From: Fimicolochytrium jonesii
Lineage: Eukaryota
Direction: 5' to 3'
DNA: 51,891 nucleotides
NCBI RefSeq assembly: GCF_025526975.1
Contig: NW_026515671.1
Span: 1,736,001-1,787,891 of the forward strand
Positions within the stretch are counted from its first letter, which is position 1; each line of letters starts with the position of its first letter. Shown here one piece after another: positions 47,581 through 51,891 of the stretch. Below the pieces are notes generated by a model that saw only the letters and a program-made list of their open reading frames with translations, was not told the DNA's origin and ran no database searches. Made by a program: the position numbers and the translations under genes.

Positions 47581-48963
47581 TGTAACGTCAGAGGAAACGT
47601 AGACGATATTTGGCCCTTCTGAGAGGGCTGAGAACAGTGTATTGTAGTGAAAGAAAAGTAAGAAGCTTTTTGCAGCGGCCGCTCGACTGACAGCTTTGTA
47701 TATGGGCTGCCAGTGGGGCTTGCGTGGCTTCAGTGAGGCTTGGCACCTTATGTAATGTATCACCGAGAGCTCGGGTGGTCAGCTCGGGTCTCGGATCAAG
47801 TAAGAGTAAAGAGATATCATATGAAATACAAGTGAAGATGAGATATCCCCGACACCTCCCTCAGATCCTGAGGGGGGCGCCGAATAGATAAGAGGTGAAC
47901 TACAAGGGATATGTGAAGAAAGGGAGAGCTCATGTTCATTTCAAAGTGTTGACGCACTTGTTCATTTTATAGTGTTGACGCACTGTGTGTGTGTGTGTTT
48001 GAGGCAAAGGCGTCCCTAAGCCGACGTCGTGTGTGATGTGTGTGTGTGTAAGGTCGGTTCTTGCGTCGCCGCGCGTGATGTGATATAGTTTACGTCGCTA
48101 TTGTCAGCGGTGTGATTGATAGTGAGCTGTTCTTGCGGCGTCGCGCGTGTGATGTGATATGAGATGCTCTATGCTGTTCGTCTCCGTATCCACAAAGATT
48201 GTGGGTGAGCTTTTCGCCATCGTTTGTAGGCAGGCGTGTAACGAAGTGCGGATTCGGGTTCCCAAGTAGGGTCAGGATAACCGAGCCATTTGACTAGAAG
48301 ATTTCGTACGGCGCGTCGCTCGTCGATGATATCTTCTATGACCCATTCAGGTTGTTCGCGTTCTTCTATTGGTGGAGGAGGTTGTGGAACTGCACGTTGC
48401 GGATATTGCTCTTTGCGATGTGGTCGTAAAATACCCAAGTGAAAGACGGGCCAGATGCCGCTGATCTTCAATGGTGATAAATCGAGTTCGTAGGTATCAG
48501 GATGTGCTCCCAGTGCGATGATTTTGAATGGTCCGATCCACGTAGCTGAGTATCGAAGTCCTCTTCGAGCGTCGACTTCTAGGTTGATTCCTTGTCGGTT
48601 TAAATCGACGAGGTCGCCAATTTTGTATGCGATTGGCGTTCGACCTTTGTCGTGTTGACGTGCGAATTGATCTTGCGATCTCTGAAAGTTTTCGCGTACG
48701 ATACGGGCGATATCTTCCTGCCCTTTCTTGAAGAGTTCGATTTCGTTTCGATCTACAGCTCGAAGTTTGAGTTCTTGTCCTTCGAGTGTGGGATTCCAAC
48801 CCGGGAGGATCGGAGAGCGTCCGAGATCTACTTCGAATGGCGATAAACCTTCATATTCCTCCCCCCGAGCGGTATTGAACGCGAATTCGGTCAAAGGCAA
48901 TAGTTTCTTCCAATTGCTTTTGTGGTAGTTGAGATATTGTTTCCAAATCCTTTTCAGGGTTTG
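47581..48963 (-). mobile_element. Ty3/Gypsy chromovirus element 1, 3' part: integrase C-terminus with GPY/F motif and chromodomain (48963-48169), 3' UTR, PPT and 3' LTR (47854-47581)
   Basis: QYLNYHKSNWKKLLPLTEFAFNT...SPFE...WIGPFKI...YELDL...PVFH...LLVKWLGYPDPTWEP; PPT GAGGGAGG abuts the LTR TGTCGG...GTTACA. Confidence 0.9.
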
Positions 48964-50802
48964 TGTCGGGGATATCTCATCTTCACTTGTATTTCATATT
49001 ATATCTCTTTACTCTTACTTGATCCGAGACCCGGGCTGGCCACCCGAGCTGTCGGTAATACATTACATAAGGCGCCAAGCCTCACTGAAGCCACGCAAGC
49101 CCCACTGGCAGTCCATATATAAAGCTGTCAGGCGAGCGGCCGCTGCGAAGAGCTTCTTACTTTTTTCTTCACTACAATACACTGCTCTCAGCCCTTTCAG
49201 AAGGGCCCAATATCGTCTACGTTTCCTCTGACGTTACAGATAGCACCACCTACCGCTAGCATCACCAAGACATTCCTCGTCAACGTCGCCCCTCTACCGG
49301 ACATCGCCCTTACACTCGTGCACAAGCAAGAATGGACGCACAGACTCAAGCTATCGTTGCGGCTGTCGCAGCTGCTCTCGCTACTTGGGAGCGCGCTATT
49401 ACGCAAGACAACCAACGAGCCGAACGCTTCAGACTTCTTATGGACGCTCGCAAGAACAAGCTCGTCGAATATGATGGCGCCAAAGCTGCCAAAAAGATCG
49501 AAGAGTTCGTTACGTCTCACCACAACTTTTTCGAGTCTCTTACTGTCCCGGCTGTACAAGCTGGATCAGACGGTACTAAAGCTGCCAATGCCATAGCCTT
49601 TACTATGGCAGAGTACGCCCCTACGCTTATTACCTACCTCAAGGGTACTGCTCTCGAGTGGTACAATACGACTTACACCGCTGGACCTCCCGCAAATTGG
49701 GCAGCTTTTGAAACGGCTCTTGTCGCTCATTTTTATCCTCGCAACTTGCGTAATACTATTGAGCTCAAGCTTTCCGGTCTCAGCTCGGTGACTCTCTCGA
49801 AAAATATATCAAGGAGTTTCAAGACACCAATAATGAGCTCGAAGCTGCTCGTCGTCTCGATAACACTCAAGGCACCATTCCCCTTATTGATCAGATCCGA
49901 TACTTCAAGGCCGGTCTTCTCAAGAATACGGTAATCGGTCATTATCTCGCTGAAGCTGTTACGAACTTCGAAGTTTTGGGCACTACCAACATCAATACTC
50001 CCATTACTCTCGCTCAAGCTATCACTGCAGCCCGTCGTGCCCATGTGGCTCATGGGTTCACTGACGGCAACCAAGCCGATACGCCTCGTCCGATTGCCTC
50101 GGCGTCAAGGGCTCGTGGCGGTTGTGGAGCCAGCCGCGGTCGAGGTAGTCGTGGCGGTGGTCGTGGCGGACGATTCGCCCCTTACGCCAATCCTCGAATT
50201 ACGGAATTCGAGCAAGACTTAGATGATATGACCTTTGGGCTCAATGCCCTCGGTACGTCATATTATTCCCCTGGAGTGAGCCGTATCACTACAGGTCAAG
50301 TTCCCTACCAACGTCAACAGCCCTTTCGTCGACATGGACAATGGCAAACTACTCACATTCCTCGTCAACGTCCAACGACTCCTTGTCCCCTTTGTAATAA
50401 AATGGGACATTGGAGAGTTGAATGCTGGTCAAATCCAGAAAATCGACAGCAAGGCTCGCAAACCCAGAACCGACGCGGAGGTTTTCGACAGCGCGGTCGT
50501 GGTGCTCAAACTCCGCAGCGCAGTCGCCAACCTAATCAACAACAAGGTTCAGCCAATCAGGTTGATGCTGGGTCACGCATTACGGAAATTCTCAATGACG
50601 CCGTCAACTCTGCGAATACTACATATACTACTACAAATCAATCTTCGAGTTTTTTCCAAGGTCGATAGAGCCCCTTGGTAGCTCTGCTCGGCCTACATCA
50701 TACGATCCTACCGATAAACCTGCCTTCGAACCACTGTCTGCTGGACTCTGGGTCTCTCATTGTCGCATCGGAAACAAGTTTGCTCGTGTTCTCTTTGATA
50801 GC
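48964..50802 (+). mobile_element. Ty3/Gypsy element 2 (same LTR family as element 1, opposite strand): 5' LTR 48964-49238, gag 49332-50668, start of pol protease
   Basis: LTR ~94% identical by hand count to the reverse complement of 47581-47854; gag YLKGTALEWY, WAAFETALVAHF, one frameshift near 49780, zinc knuckle CPLCNKMGHWRVEC; pol ARVLFDS in the -1 frame. Confidence 0.88.
50650..50693 (+). promoter_or_regulatory. Candidate -1 programmed ribosomal frameshift signal (gag-pol)
   Basis: T_TTT_TTC in the gag frame (50650-50656) followed by the stem-loop GGTCGA-TAGAGC/GCTCTG-C-TCGGCC; the -1 frame is open into the protease motif. Confidence 0.75.
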
Positions 50803-51891
50803 TGTTATGGACGACGCGCCCATACCATAATCTTACCTACTGACAGCCGCCAATGTCAAACGCCAATGTCGATTGCCAATGTCAAACGCCAATGTCAATG
50901 TCAATGTCAATGTCAATGTCAATGTCAATGCCAATGTCAATGCCAATGTCAATGCCACTCCCCCTCTCTCCTCTCATTTCGCCAATCCTCCCGCAATATT
51001 GCCACTCCTCCTCTCTCCTCTCATTTTGCCAGTCCTCCCGCAATATCGCCACTCCTCCTCTCCCCTCTCATTTCGTCAATCCCCCATTCGCCGCTCCTCC
51101 TCTACCCCGCTCATCTGTGAGCCAATCTCCGGCCATTTGTCAACCCCCCCAGTACTTCTCCACAGCCAGCAGCTGTAGCTTGCTCTCTACGCCTGCTACG
51201 CTCGCTCTAGGCTAGGGAGCAGAGCTGGCGCTCACTCAGTCCCCTCTTGTTGTTGTCTTTGGTCTGCTGGGTTGTTTATCTATAAATAGCCGCCCCCTCT
51301 TCGTCCATTCCCTTCCTCCCCAGCAGATCAACACCAGTTCTTCTCATCTCTTGTTCTAGTCTTTGTCTCTTGTTTCGCCAATACAATCTCCTGTCGCCCA
51401 TCGCTCTCGCCTTGTCTTCTCTACTTCGCTTCCGCCTCAGTTCGTCGAGATCATAACAGTTTGATCTGCTCCAACACTGCGAAGTTCAGAACCCGTCAAG
51501 CCTTGCATCTGCCAAACCTGTTCGCCATGGCCCAATCCGAATCCGTACCTTTCACCGCCAAAGCAATGGAATGATATGTGCCAAGTCAACGCCAACCTAG
51601 CCCAAGCCCAAGCCAACGCACAAGCTGCTCAGAACATTGCTGCCCAGGCTCAACCCGATGCGTACACCCATCCCCAAATCCCCAACCCTGCGCCTGAAGC
51701 TCTGGAGCCAAAGATCAGCTCAAGCCCAGGCAACCTCAGCCGCCTGAACCAGCCCTAGTCGCCCTAGCACCCAACACCAGCTCGGCTCAGCACCTCCAGT
51801 AACCCGGTCACCCTGTAACTAAACCCTGTACCTCGACACACCACCGCCGACACCCGGAGACCCTCAACACTCCACCCGCTCTGTTCGTCTG
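50803..51891 (+). mobile_element. LTR retrotransposon element 3 (different family): 5' LTR 50803-51458, self-priming PBS 51461-51470, degenerate gag from ~51527; continues beyond window
   Basis: TGTTATG...CATAACA termini, TATAAATAG at 51281, (AATGTC/AATGCC)n microsatellite at ~50851-50955 inside the LTR; interrupts the element-2 protease at FDS|. Confidence 0.8.

Noticed and set aside
47576..47859. Solo LTR
   Set aside because: The flanks (CCCCT / CCTCC) do not form a 4-5 bp TSD, and internal PPT and integrase sequence are attached
47581..49238. Inverted 275-bp repeats as TIRs of a DNA transposon or DIRS-type inverted LTRs
   Set aside because: Both have TG...CA LTR termini, one abuts a PPT and the other precedes gag; the enclosed ORF is a truncated DDE integrase with chromodomain, not a transposase or tyrosine recombinase
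50853..51215. MSMSMS/CQCQCQ/NVNVNV ORFs
   Set aside because: Translations of the hexamer microsatellite inside the element-3 LTR

Overview
Eukaryotic, GC-rich, intron-rich fungal DNA with short GT-AG introns and CTRAC branch points. The gene content and the Fanzor1 type suggest a chytrid, but this is inference. The core block holds tRNA-Ser(CGA), a DUG1/CNDP2 dipeptidase, an RNF181-like RING ligase, a WD40/coiled-coil protein, a bacterial-type GST ending in PTS1, TAF10, a large disordered protein, a DnaJ-TMEM185-like membrane protein, beta-COP and a secreted M14 carboxypeptidase. Accessory DNA surrounds it. The most notable item is at ~530-1914: a ~1.4 kb non-autonomous element carrying a 5'-truncated but otherwise stop-free, intron-containing Fanzor1 (eukaryotic TnpB-like RNA-guided nuclease). 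It has a candidate CATA TAM/TA target duplication, a ~31-nt left end and a ~71-79-nt structured right end (candidate omega-RNA), and it sits ~40 bp from a tRNA gene. Other highlights: two TM-sensor-TM-HAMP receptor genes with no output domain; four long introns that fold into extensive helices; a REase-fold and two kinase relics; and a triple-nested Ty3/Gypsy cluster with a clear -1 frameshift signal and a Tf1-type self-priming primer site. All calls come from manual motif reading and no searches were run. Spans of spliced genes are outer coordinates.
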